Positions 50,996 to 64,000 of a stretch of DNA of 64,000 bases are shown here, one piece after another (position 1 is the stretch's first letter; each line of letters opens with the position of its first letter). The DNA is taken from NCBI RefSeq assembly GCF_006345805.1, contig NC_043009.1, positions 39,618,001-39,682,000 of the forward strand, in the 5' to 3' direction. The notes beneath the pieces are model-generated. The model ran no database searches and was not told the DNA's origin. It saw nothing but the letters and a program-made list of their open reading frames with translations. This DNA is from Octopus sinensis. Taxonomy: Eukaryota. The translations under genes were made by a program, and so were the position numbers.

Positions 50996-51810
50996 GGACA
51001 TAGATGCAGGTAAAGCAGCATATTGTGACAGCCGATGCAGATTTTGTGGCGGTAACACCGAAGATATTACACACATCATAAATAATTGTCCGAAAATATC
51101 ACCACGGTATTATCTATCGATGAGGCATTATAATGATATACGTCGGAAGGATAACCCCGAGGACAAAGAAATAAGAACCCACAGTATGGGAGTAGACATA
51201 GCCACTCGTGCTAAAAAGGAGCACTGGTGGAATGTCCCAGTGAAAAACTCGATAAAATGTAAGCACAACAGACCTGATATAATGATTTAGGATAGAGAAG
51301 AGAGAATGTGCACAGTTGCACGAATTAGATGCCCGGCGGATGTTAACATAAAGCTGAAGATCAGGGGAAAGAGAATACCAACGCTGAACTATTGGGAATT
51401 CCGTTGTTACTCTATCCAGATTACAAATTCAAATTTATACCTGTAATTGTTGGGGCACTGGGATATGTAATACACTGCCTAAATACCGATCTTAAGAGAT
51501 TAGGCTTCTTAAAACCAGAAGGCGGGAAGCTGATTCGAAAACTACAGAGCCTAGCCATCACTGGAACTGTAAAAACTTGTAAAACTTTCCAGAAGTTTAT
51601 CACTTAAGTATATATGAGCATGTATACATATACAAGTATATGCATGAGAAGACATACATAAACCAAACTATACAAATCTGCACGTGCACATATATACATA
51701 CAGACATACAAAAATACCCTGTGGATACTGAAATTCCAACTTAGGTGCCTTGAGTCTAGGTTAGATTCTACTGGCAAGAAATCTTGAAATATAACTGAAT
51801 GATGACATAA
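50996..51810 (+). mobile_element. 5'-truncated RLE non-LTR retrotransposon 3' end (CCHC knuckle, RLE nuclease, UTR)
   Basis: CRFCGGNTEDITHIINNC, KHNRPDIMI*DRE, CPADVN, FIPVIVGALG, AITGTVKTCKTFQKFIT* (stop at 51605-51607). Confidence 0.9.
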
Positions 51811-54081
51811 ATGCATAAATACAAGGACGCACGCATGCATGCACACACACACACACACACACACACCACACGATGTAAGTAAATGAGAGTCGATATTTTG
51901 TGATGTATTCTATGCGTAATATACAGTATATATTTGCGAATGTATATGACTTTTATACGTGTAAACGGCTAGAAAATTGTGTGTACCTATTGAACATAAT
52001 GTAGATCTTTGAAATAATGTTTCTAAGATATAATAAAATATATATAGAATAAAACTGATGAATAAAATTGATAATAAAAAAGACCCAATCATTAATATGG
52101 GAACATTCATACACACGCATGCGCAAACTATTCTCTTTATTCTATAAAACTATAACATATTCAATGAAATAGATAATAAATAGCTAAATAAAATGAAATT
52201 ACAATATTAAAAGGAGGAATAACAGCGTTTATTTCTCATTTTCTGGTCTGAGCCATTCCATTTTTGGAACAACATTTTTTTTCATTCAATTATTTCTCTC
52301 GCATTGTTCTAATATTTGTGTATGTTTTTCTTTTATCTTTTTTTTCATACTTTCTATTAAGCATTTTTAATCTTTATGCAGCTTTCGTTTGTTTCTGCAT
52401 TAAAAATTTATTGATGATGTATTTTTTTCCAAGTATAATTGCTATTGGAATAGGCATGTGATTCTCCCATTCCTTCTAACTCTTTATCTATAGCATTCAC
52501 GGGAAGATTTCCGACATTAAAAATACGATCAGAAATGAACGCCATTTTGTAAATATTATTTTAGCTTAATCATATGTTTTAGAATTTTAGTTAGAGTGCT
52601 ACATCCATAGCCTTCCTTGATTCCGTTTATTACACATTCGCATCACCGAAGAAGGGAAAAAGCTAATGATTCCTCTCATATGCACAAGGATTCCTATTTT
52701 GTATAGAAATTATAGTCATCCGAATAAAACATCAGTAGAACGTTGGTACTTATTTTACTGATCTCAAAAAGATGAAGTGTAACATTAATATCGACACGGT
52801 TTTATTTCAACTGTTGTAATATAAAGATGATGCACAAATAATTTTGTAACATGTAGTTCTGATTCTGATAAACTGTTACTGAATTACGACAATGGCATAA
52901 CCATTAATTCTTAATACATTCCGGCTGTTTCCAAAGTAAATATGCAAGCCACTGTTGTATTTCGTTATTGGAGAACGATTTTTCATTTCAAACGAAATGT
53001 TCATAACACACACGATTCATTAGCATATGGTGACTTTTTGACACTAGATATTTCGATATAGTTATGTCTCCTCAGCCAAAGTCACTCCGGAATAATAAAT
53101 CTAAGAACTGTTTGTGACTTTTCTTCACAAATTCAACAAACAAATTATTTGCTGATACGTGCTGGTGCCTGTCAACCGATAATAAATCGCCTTGTGCACA
53201 GCGAGCAGAGCTTTACATTATTATTATTATTGTTGTTGTAGTTGTTGTTATTGTTGTTATTATTATTATTATTATTATCATTAAATATTTGTTTCTCATA
53301 TCGACAATACTAAGAGAGTTTAATAGATTAAATACGGCTTCAATCTGTTTGTGGTGTTTTATTTTATCTCCCCTAGAGAGATTAAAGATAATGCCGTCTC
53401 CAGCAAGAATTTTAATTCAGAACTTCAATAATGAAAAATATTTGAAGTGATTCTTGAAAATGTTAAATAGTTAAGGCCAAAACCGTGCATGAAATATTAA
53501 TTCGGTATTATGAAATTCTCTACTTGTAAATAATTCTGATTTAATAGGTTGATATTTACCTGTTAGATAATTACATTAGATAATTCGCCTGTATGATCTC
53601 AGTGGAATGTCTTAATTAGTGAACCACAATTCTAGTTGTGAGTCTGTCCATAGAGTGTTATTTGATATGTTTCAGACATTTGAACTGAACAAACTTTCGT
53701 TTACGACTGGTTTTGTGCGTGATTCGGTTACACTTGATACAACATATTTACATAAAATTTACTTCATGTCTAGACTTTATGTCAGTGTTGTTTGATAAAT
53801 ATATATATACTTCAACTTAATGACATTGTTAACGGGTATTTTTTTTTATATTTACAACAAATACCATGTTTTTTTTCTGTTTAAATATTCGATTCGTATT
53901 CACAGCTGTTTTCTGTTTACAATTTCTGTGTCGAATTAAATGTCAGCCTACGGCAGCAGTGAGAAATAATCTTTTATATCAAATATACTTGTCTACATTC
54001 AACTAATCTCCTTCAGCAATGTATATATATATATATACATACATACATACATACATACATACATACATACATACATGCATG

Positions 54082-54131
<50 letters not shown>

Positions 54132-55393
54132 CATACATATATACATATACACACAGTTCAATTAGAGGCTAAATAAACCTCATTAAGGGATAGTAATATC
54201 CAATGAATTACTGGTTCATAACCTAATATTTGTTGTGAATAGTACTCATAATACTCATAAATAATAGGTAATTATATAAACCATGGTTTATATTTATTCA
54301 AGAAAATACAATCTTTAAAGTACAAATAGAGACAGCATTTTCATAAACACACACTCGAACACACACACAATACACACACATACATAAATATACATATATA
54401 TGGCTGTCGTCTACCAAATTCATTCGTAAGATTTTGGTTGGCATGGGAGAATATGTAACGAAACATTACAGTGCGTGTGTGTTTGTCTGTGTACAAATTC
54501 CAAGTTCGCTCCTATAGCGTGACATCTAGCAAGTGAAAATTAGACAAACGAAAATTGTATACAATTCTGTCGAGTAAACGGTGTCGTAATTCAAAGATAC
54601 AACCCTGTCACACTGATGCTGCTTGAAAATTTTATTTAGGGTACACGTGACTATAGAATAGTCAGCCGTTTACACGTTAATTCGGGTGCAAGAATTTAAT
54701 TTGATTAACCGCCTGGACCTTATCGTCGAAAACGGTTGAATTATATTCCACACCTCTCTTTTTCTCTCTCTCCCTCTCTGTCAATCTATCTATGTGTACG
54801 TCTGTGTCTGTGTTTGTTGTAAACTTTGAATTAACTTACTTAATAAGCCCATAAATTTCAGTAAATGTTCCGTTTCAATTTTCCAGCTAGATTTAAAATA
54901 ATTGCATTTATTTTACAATACCACACGCTCACCAACACACAGATGTATACATGTACGCACACACTCATACTTTCATACTAACGCGCTCGTACGTATACAC
55001 GCATACACTCACACACACACACACAGACACACACACGCACGCACACACACATACATACACATACATACCATATTGAACGCACACAATACTCACCAAACTA
55101 AACAGCTATAGAAAACACTTGCTCCATGCTGACCAACGCCTTATCAGTAAAATTGGTAGGCGTGTGTCCAAGGGGTCATGTTACGTTCACGATAGAAGAT
55201 CGAGGGTTGGATTCCCGGAGCGGGTGGGGTTTTGTGCTCTTGAGCAAAACACTTCATTTCCCATGATTCTATGGGTGGAAGGGAGAGTGACAAAATCATG
55301 AAATCGTCTGCTTCAATACGCTACTATATATCTTTTGGTTCTTTTCATTCCGAGTTCGAACTCCGTCTGGTAACGAGAAATTACAACAGCAAC

Positions 55394-55640
55394 GTGGAGG
55401 CGCAATGGCCCAGTGATTAGTGCAGTGGACTCGCGGTCGTAAGAACGCGATTTCGATTCCCGGGCCGGGCATTGTACGTGTTTATTGAGCAAACACACCT
55501 AAGCTACACGAGGCTCCGGCGGAGGGGGTGGGGTGGTGGGTTTGGTGAACCCCGCTGTACTCTTTCACCACAACATTCTCTCCCAATTTCTTCCTACTGC
55601 CTCAAAGCAGAGGAACCATGGTGTAACCCACTATGGTGTG
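55394..55640 (+). mobile_element. tRNA SINE family C, diverged
   Basis: gtggaggcgcaatggcccagtgattag...gatttcgattcc. Confidence 0.85.
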
Positions 55641-55898
55641 GTAAACTTGATAGAGAAAGAAAGAAAGAACGAAAGAGAGAAAGAAACAGTAAGAAAGAAG
55701 AAAACAAAGGACCGCTGATGCGGTCACACGAGTGTGACGAAAGAACTCTGGCCGAAATAAGATTAAGATTAATGTAAAAATTAAATAACACTGAAGCAAA
55801 GTAACACCAATATATAGTGCGTGAGTTTTTATTGGCTAAACTGGCAAAATGGCCATTCCGAAATACAACAATATATATATAATATATATATATATAAT

Positions 55899-55929
<31 letters not shown>

Positions 55930-55952
55930 GTGTGTGTGTGGTGTGTTTATGC

Positions 55953-55992
<40 letters not shown>

Positions 55993-56054
55993 GTGGTGTG
56001 TGTGTGTGTGTGTCTGTGTAATTTTTCCCTCTTTCTTTCTCTATACATATGAGA

Positions 56055-56330
56055 GTGGAAGCACGTGGTCAAGTGGTTAGAGCAGCGGACTCGCGGTCGA
56101 GGGATCGTGGGTTCGACTCTCAGACCGAGCGATGTGTGTGTTTATGAGCGAAACACCAAAGCTCCACGAGGCTCCGGCTGAAGGTAATGGCGAACTTCTG
56201 CTGACTCTTTCGCCACAACTTTCTCTCACTCCTTCCTCCTGCGTCTTGCAGCTCACCCGCGATGGACCGGCGTCCCGTCCAGGTGGGAAACCGGCCCTAT
56301 GAGTCAGGCATGACTCGAGAAGGAACAAAA
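56055..56330 (+). mobile_element. tRNA SINE family C
   Basis: Homologous to the 23775-24087 copy, with a deletion in the 3' body. Confidence 0.9.
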
Positions 56331-56609
56331 ATACATATGAGAGATAGAGAAAGAAAGAAAGAAAGAACGAAAGAGAGAAAGAAAAAAGTAGAAAGCTTGT
56401 GTATGAGTGTGTATCAATTATATCAGAATTGGACAGTCTTCACCCTGGTCTGAGATATTCAGGAAGCGAAGTTCGGAATAAGTTTTCAGCTTTTGTTGTA
56501 ACAAACATTTCTATGACTATCTACTCTACCTAGTATTCGAACATCTGTTCCTTTGAATTTTGTAAAATATATTTTTAATATATTTTCAAAATACTTCTAC
56601 TACGATGTA

Positions 56610-56710
56610 CACATATCTACGTACGTATGTACGTACGTACGTACCTACCTACCTGCTTACCTACCTACATACAAGCATACACGCATGTATGTATGTATAT
56701 ATGTATCTAC

Positions 56711-56744
<34 letters not shown>

Positions 56745-57543
56745 GCCTATATATATTCATATATATATACATATGGATAAATATATATATACGTATATGC
56801 TACACACACATATACATACATACATACATGCATACATACAAAAATATATGTATATGTACATATAACTGTGTCTTGTGAGTATATATGAGTGTGTGTCAGT
56901 AAATATGTATGTATGTATATATATACGCATCCATGTATGTATGTATGAATTTATGAAGGTATATATGTTTTTATGTATGCATGAATGTATGCAATTGTGA
57001 GTGTGTATGTGTGCCTATGCCTTTCAAAATGTTATATATTTGTACGTGAGCGTAAATATATATACATTTTGCGTATATTCTTTCGAGTATCACCCGATGT
57101 TGCTTTCCATTTCGTTTCTTAGAAATCGATGAAAATCCAGTACCGGCAGTGTACTGGGAGCAATTTAATTGATTGCATTGCATCCTCTGTATGTATGAAT
57201 TGCACTTATATATTGAAAAGACGCCATCATTTGAATAAATGGCGTATAACTGCATAGAGTCAGAGAGAGTTTTCAATATGAAATCTATTTACCGTCAAAG
57301 ACGAAGTTAATAACTTCACCTCGTGGCACTGAATGAAAAGAAAATGAAAAAATAAATAAATAAATAAAATAAAATGCTGACCGATCTTGCTATAGAAATA
57401 AGTATATTCTGTTCAGGAATCGGTGATATTTTTGCTTTACGATCTACCAAAAATATATTTATATATGTTTACAAAAGTATTTCACCGGGAAAGGAAATGT
57501 ATACATGCAGAAATGCATATATACATTTATACATATAAATTAT

Positions 57544-57581
<38 letters not shown>

Positions 57582-58148
57582 CACACACACACATATATAT
57601 ATATAGATATACATATATATATATATATATGCACACTAATATATATATATATACATATCTATATATATATATTCTAATATATATATGTATAATCTGTATA
57701 TACTTTTATACACACATACATATATATGTGTATATAGACTGTATATATACCATATATATATAAATACCATGTATGTATAAGGTACTTTTACTGTATATCC
57801 GTTTTATTTTGTAAGTACAAATTTTAAGTGAACTTTGACATATTCTAGTAGTGCTGTTACTGAAACAGGGATATTTTGTAAGATATGTTGCAGACAAGAT
57901 AAATATAAGAGATTCTGACTGGTTCATGTTGCTGGGCCGTAATTTTATTGTCATATGGTTATTTAACTATATAAGTGGCCGTTTATTGATTCTGTCACAT
58001 TGCTAATGCAGTGGGAGTGTCTTTTCAGTAGATAATGAGGATAAAATCTTCCATCGCACTTATCACCTTCAGTATTTATATGCATATAAATACATGTATA
58101 TAATATAATATAATATAATATAATATCATATAGTATAATATTATATCA

Positions 58149-58191
<43 letters not shown>

Positions 58192-58200
58192 CTATGTATT
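56610..58200. repeat. (TACA)n/(TA)n blocks (about 56610-57000, 57540-57770, 58080-58200)
   Basis: Directly visible. Confidence 0.88.
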
Positions 58201-59229
58201 ATATTTTCTTCGATATACTTTTGGAGATTCATGTTAATGTCACATTTAACTGGCTAACTACATTTGGCAGGAAATATAAATAAAAGCTATGTTTAGGAGA
58301 GCTGGTATACACACGATAGTTTAGTTGTTGAGACATATAATATTTTAAAATAATATCAGTTTAGAAATAAGTATATTGACATAGTTGTTGACAGATGTCA
58401 ATGGATTTCCCCACGACGGGGGTTATTTCTAAAAGTTTGTTCACTTTAAAGTGCATAAGTGTACAGATATATCAAAAATTCAGACAAGGAATGCAGATGG
58501 CAGTGCCGTACCCAAGAGCTTTCAGGTTATAGCAGTTAAACACATATTCGCGGACACAAGCATGTGCTTGCTTATATAGATATTTGAACGCATACATACA
58601 CTTACTGACTTACAGAGAAGCACAGATATCCATTCGCTCTCAGACACACATATTTTTACTCACTAACTCACACACCATCTTGCCTACCTTTATTCGAGAA
58701 TAACAAACATCTGACGTCTAATCAAATCATCTAAACGCTACAATCTTATGTTCAAATCTAGTTGCAGAACAAAAAAAGAATATCAAACGAAATCGCGTTT
58801 ACTTTACTTGTCTAGCTACGCTGCTTTGATATTGATGAGGTGACAAAAACATCGGATCGTGTTTTTGCCGATAACAATAAAATCGATAAAGTAACTCTAC
58901 AGAATAATCTCAGATAAATTTAAAAGATAATTCTAAATATCTTACGTAAGAATAAACTATATCATAGAATACAAATGACATTTGAATGAAGTCAGCAATG
59001 ATACAACGGTGCCGAAAACTTTTACAAGTGGAAATATAATTCATGCTTCATTAATAGAAAATAAGTTTAAAACAGATTAAATAATAGTTGACTTCGCGTC
59101 TAGTATATTCCGATGTTTTAGCGTTTGGACTATTCCGATATTTTATCAATAACTAAATTATCAGTTTTAGTGTTTATTCTATTATTCTTATAATCCTGTA
59201 TTCCTTTATGTATTTACTTATTATATTTT

Positions 59230-60007
59230 TCGACTGCGGTCATACTGGAGTACTTTCTTGTTTAGTTGATGAAATCGACTTCGGTCCTTAGGCTTTTTCT
59301 TTCGTCTGAGACTTATTCTGTGTATCTATTTTACTAAACTACTAAGTCACAGGGATGTAAACAAACTAACAGCAGTTATCTATCGGGGTTGGGAACAAAC
59401 GCACCCCCACACACACATACGCACACACACATAAATATGTATGCAAGCATACATACATGTTTTTATATATGTGTACATCTATATGTCTCGAGCGATCTTT
59501 CTATCAATATATATATATATATATATGGATGTCATTATACATGTAATGACATGCTTAAGATCTGGTCATCAAATCTAAGTAGAGACTTCAAACTTGAAAT
59601 CTTCAAAGCCACAGTCGAACCAATTCTACTATATGGCTCAGGACCTCCGTAATGCCATGATGGACCGTGAAGTCTGGCGTAGCATGGTAAATTCCATTGT
59701 CTCGACCACGGTCGAACAATGATGATGATATATAATATATATATATATGTATATGGATATATAGATCGTATGTATGTGTGTTGCATGTTTGAGTGTATGT
59801 ATGTAACGCAAACACGCACACACACACACACACACACACCATATATACAACGGCTTCCACACCGTTTCCAGTTATCAAAATCTCTCAAAAAGATTTGGTA
59901 GGCCTGGGATTATAGGAGACACTTGTCCAGGGTACTAGGCAGAGGAGTTGAACCCGAAAGCACGTAACTGCCTTGCGACCTTATTAATCATACAGCCACA
60001 TCTGCGC
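59230..60007 (-). mobile_element. Old family-B SINE split by an RTE insertion
   Basis: Head at about 59850-60007 (gcgcagatgtggctgtatg...gggttcaactcc) and tail at about 59230-59420. Confidence 0.65.
59545..59728 (+). mobile_element. RTE-clade LINE 3' fragment with internal deletion and (TGA)n tail
   Basis: DMLKIWSSNLSRDFKLEIFKATVEPILLYGS is fused to DLRNAMMDREVWRSMVNSIVSTTVEQ*, followed by tgatgatgat. Confidence 0.88.
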
Positions 60008-60539
60008 TGTTTGTTAATATCTTCTAACGATTTGTTCCTCTGAGTGCATCGCAGTTAACTTCATGGGGCTTATATATGTACAATACTATTTTCATTCATT
60101 CTACAACACTGTTTCCTGCAGTAGCAATCAATAATCGAGGGAGTTTGATGAAAATAAGCACAAAAGCAATGCCGGAATGATGGAGGAAGTAATGATCAAA
60201 GTAGAGATAGCGAGTGATGACGTATCGTGTGAATGTTCCTGCTGGCGTCAATAGGTGAAGTATCGAGATGACATAAAATTGACATTAACGGTTCGGTAAC
60301 ATTGATCTGGACCAGGTTAGCTATCACGTTATCACCATGGCTAATATCAATAATTGTCCCCCTTTGTAGAACGGAGGAGAAAAACGTCAGAACGTGTGAA
60401 ATAATAATTTTGATTTCAAGTTGTACCGTAGTAATTAATTACTTTCAGCTTTCTGGTGTTGATAAAAATATAATAAACTTAATCTACTTAAGAAAATTAA
60501 TACGCTTATTGTGACTGTCTATAGACACCGTGTAGGAAG

Positions 60540-60800
60540 AAGCCTTCATCAGGTCAATATTAGCTTCAGTTTGCGTTAATTAAATAATAATTAATGAGAT
60601 CATCTTCACGCAGTTTTATTTTAAATTGGCGTAGGTTGTAAAATATTTTTTTGTAAGTGTATCTAAATTTGGTAAGAATAATTGTTTTGTTTATTTCTTT
60701 GTTTGATTGTTTTTCTTTTAATGTTTTTACACACGTAATAATTATAACACCAGGCATCCAATCATAGTTTTTCTTTGCCACCACTCAGTCTCCTAGAAAT
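60540..60800 (-). mobile_element. Possible Penelope 3' remnant
   Basis: Weak ORF tail (CVKTLKEK...INKT...KFRY), followed by cctgatgaaggc. Confidence 0.3.
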
Positions 60801-60987
60801 GGCAGCCACACATTTATCACAAATCAAACTTTATTGTCTTAATAAAAAGGAAAGATATACTGGACAATGTTATGCGTACTACATAAAAGACAGGATGTTC
60901 ACTGATGAGACCCCTATAATCATAAACCTGTTCGATTAGAACTGATCAGTGTCAAAACAAAAACAAAGACAAACAATATACAACGGA

Positions 60988-61148
60988 GAGTGCAGGCGTG
61001 ACCGAGTAGTAAGAAGCTTGCTTCTCAACCACAGGATTTCGGTTCAATCCCACTATTTGGCACCTTGGGCAAGTGTCTTCTACTATAACCTCGGACGAAC
61101 TAAAGTCTTGTGAGTGCATTTGGTAGACAAAACTGGAAGAAGCCCGTC
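60988..61148 (+). mobile_element. Family-B SINE head, 3'-truncated
   Basis: ggcaccttgggcaagtgtcttctactataacctcgg...gaagcccgtc. Confidence 0.85.
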
Positions 61149-61590
61149 AGCTTATTAAGATAGGTCTTTTTGTGGCTATTAAGTTGTTTTGACTCTTATT
61201 TCTAGCAGTACTAGTGCTGATTAAGGCCCTTGTTCACTTTAGTGACGTATATAATTCTGCCTTTAGGTTGTAAAATTGCGAATTAAGCACCATCTTATTT
61301 ATAATTCTCACACTACCGTTTATGAAATCAACACATGATTTCAAAGGAAATCTTATAAGCTGGCAAGACGAGAGGAATTTAACCGTAGGCGCAATGGCAG
61401 CTACTGATGCACATTTAGATGCGACCGTTGGGGGCTTGTCTCCCTTGTCAGCTCATTAAGATAGTGCTTTTCGTGGCTATTGAGTTGTTTTGACTCTTAA
61501 TTCTAGCAATACTGGTGCTGATTAGTGCAAGTGTCTGCTTTAGCGACGTATATATATCTGCCTTTATGTTGTAAAATTGCGAATTAGCCA
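61146..61590. repeat. Diverged ~145-bp direct repeat pair (61146-61290 and 61446-61590)
   Basis: gtcagct.attaagatag...gttgttttgactctta...gttgtaaaattgcgaatta in both copies. Confidence 0.9.
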
Positions 61591-61597
61591 CTCGTAT

Positions 61598-62153
61598 ATT
61601 TATAGCATATGTAAATCACAGTATGTGCGTGTATATTGACGAACGCATGCATTTCCACAATTCTCAACCGATCTTCACCAAACTTTACACACACATTACT
61701 TATGTGCCAAAGATTGTCATGCACTATAATATTTAACCCAGAGCTCCCGCGTAAGTGGACTAACCAGCAAAAATTGTGATTTACACGGGTTTTTCTCTGA
61801 TTCGTTGTATGTAGCTAGTTTTTTGTATGTAGGGTCTTCCATACTTTTTCAATCTATATGGGCGTATATTGGCATTAGATGATTTTTAGTGATTTTCACA
61901 TTTTTTATTTATTTATTTATATGTTGTAATTATATATTATTACTTTCTGTAATTTTTATATCGGTGTATATTGTTTGAGGGTTTTGGTTAGAGAATATTA
62001 TAAAATTGTATTTTATGTATTTATTCCGACTATTTCCATACTTTTTTAAAGCTATATATTTGCATTACAGCATATTTTTTTAGTTGTTTTCCCATTTTTT
62101 ATTTATTATTTATTTATGTGTTAAACCATCCAAAGGACGGGTGCGTTTGCTAG
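61598..62153 (+). mobile_element. Non-autonomous Helitron/Helentron-like element
   Basis: Internal ttctcaaccgatcttcaccaaactttacac; 3' hairpin ccatcc-aaa-ggacgg (62126-62140), then CTAG at 62150-62153 followed by T. Confidence 0.65.
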
Positions 62154-62301
62154 TATATATATATATATTTATTTATTTGTGTGTGTGTGTGTGTGTGTGT
62201 TTGCATGTATGTATATAACTATGTGTATGTATCTTTGTAATTAATATATGTGTGTGTATATTATATGTATATATTTATATGCATTTATGTGTATATATGT
62301 G

Positions 62302-62343
<42 letters not shown>

Positions 62344-62562
62344 CGTGTACTGAATGAAGACTGATACCAAGTCCATATTCTGGTTACTTAATCAATTCGT
62401 ATTATCTCAACTAATACAGCGTAATTCCTGACGTAGATCCAACTGAAACATACCTCAACGGCGGGTGAGACCAGGTAACCCAAACCGTGCCGGTGTTCTT
62501 CTCAACACTTCAACACACTAGTTGATATATACTCATTAGACCAAAGTATACACACACACACT

Positions 62563-62603
<41 letters not shown>

Positions 62604-62742
62604 GCGTTATATACAGGTTGGGTTTCTGGATTTGTTTTACCTTTCTTGCTTTTCCTCATGTTAGGTTATAGGGAAGGGTCTTATACTATAGAAATTATTA
62701 GTTTGTTATATATTAAGAATATATAACCAAGGAGTATTACTC

Positions 62743-63050
62743 AATGTTTAGGGCACCAGGTTCGCTATTGTGAGGTAATGAGTTTGATTCCCTGACTAGG
62801 CTGTATGTTGCGTTCTTGAGCAAGAATCTTTATTCACTCAGTTGTATAAATGAGCTGTGAAGTCACTGCGAAGCTGAATCAGGCTTTGTCTTTTCCTTGG
62901 ATAATATCAGTGTTATGGTGAGCAGAGGCAGGTAAGCATGGGCGATGCTGGTCTTCCATAAACAACCTTGCTCGGACTTGTGCTTCGGAGAGGAACTTTC
63001 TAGGTGCAATCCCATGGTCATTGATGACCGAAGGGGGTCTTTAACCTTTA
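62743..63050 (+). mobile_element. tRNA SINE with a distinct 3' body
   Basis: ctcaatgtttagggc...gagtttgattccc...gttcttgagcaag; tail gaccgaagggggtctttaaccttta runs into (TA)n. Confidence 0.8.
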
Positions 63051-63053
63051 TAC

Positions 63054-63086
<33 letters not shown>

Positions 63087-63166
63087 TATAAATATTTATT
63101 GTATTTTTTGTTGTTGTTTGCTTTTTTGGTAATGCTACCGTTTTATTTTTTTTCACTTCTGGTTAC

Positions 63167-63210
63167 CTAAAAGGAGCGTCACGGATAGTATAGATCGTTG
63201 TACATAACAT
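63167..63210 (-). CDS. Candidate 44-nt internal exon, gene unknown
   Basis: Acceptor tttttcattttgctttcag| and donor TAG|gtaacc; two frames are open (MLCTTIYTIRDAPF or CYVQRSILSVTLLL). Confidence 0.3.
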
Positions 63211-64000
63211 CTGAAAGCAAAATGAAAAACAGTCCCAACAAAAAGATCTTGTAATCATACGCTTATTTGATAAAAAAAAAAAACTACGGATAGCCAATAA
63301 GTAATCCAACAAGAACATCAAAAATATCTCTAGGATTCTCGCTCGATTTTGTTGTTAGCGAGCTAGATTGGTATCTCACGCCAGAATGTACAGGCGAGTA
63401 GTAACATTCTTTTCAGGAAATTCTACGTGGTATTGGAATCAAATAAACGATGTCAGCTATTTAAAATATTTTTACATAATCCTTGCTATTATATTTCACA
63501 GATAAGATAAGTTTTGTCACACCCATCTACTGAAGTAGGCTGTATCTGGTAGTAAAATCGCTAGAGTATTGAACACATTAGTCTGTGATCTTTGGTTTCG
63601 TCCTTTTATCTTCTGAGATCAAATCCCTCCTACGTCGAATTTACAACTCAATTATGAAAAGAACCTCCTGGGATTAATATAATAAATTATATCATTGAAA
63701 GCTGTTACTCCAGTATGACCATAGTATAATAACTAACGCTGGTAAAAAGAAACACAAATAAAAAAACAATTACATGCATCATTTGACGATGCTATCACTT
63801 TACATAAGCTTATTGGTAGCCATGATAAGTTACTGTCCTTTGCAATGCATTAATCTTCATGGAATGAATATATGTATGAACACGGGTTTGCAATCGGATG
63901 ATGCAATGCAGTGTAGAACTAAATAACTCGATTAGTTTGCCTGCAGTGATCCTTAAATGTATTGGTAGGGCTTAACTCGAAGAAATACAGGGCAAAACTA

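Overview
This is AT-rich, repeat-saturated animal genomic DNA, not a prokaryotic locus. The tRNA-derived SINE families and the very high (TA)n/(CA)n/(TACA)n/(AAT)n/(TCTA)n load match what I recall of octopus (coleoid cephalopod) genomes; this is recognition, not a database result. Almost every ORF in the supplied track is a microsatellite translation or a transposon remnant. Recognisable elements, all decayed or truncated: a Tc1 transposase, three clear and one doubtful mariner, a HERO-type and three R4/Dong-type RLE retrotransposon pieces, Tx1/L1, CR1 and RTE LINE pieces, Penelope-like remnants, a non-autonomous Helitron-like element, and about 20 SINE copies from at least three families. No intact, nameable host gene was found. 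There are several low-confidence splice-site-bounded candidate exons and one decayed coding-like block at 34.1-34.5 kb. The best second-look items are two adjacent (TA)n-embedded inverted-repeat cassettes (35.5-36.5 kb, one looping out a candidate exon), a Penelope-like terminal repeat with tandem hammerhead-core motifs (45.2-45.4 kb), and a SINE carrying about four tandem internal units inside one 22-bp direct repeat (18.8-19.6 kb). Element boundaries are approximate and read by eye.
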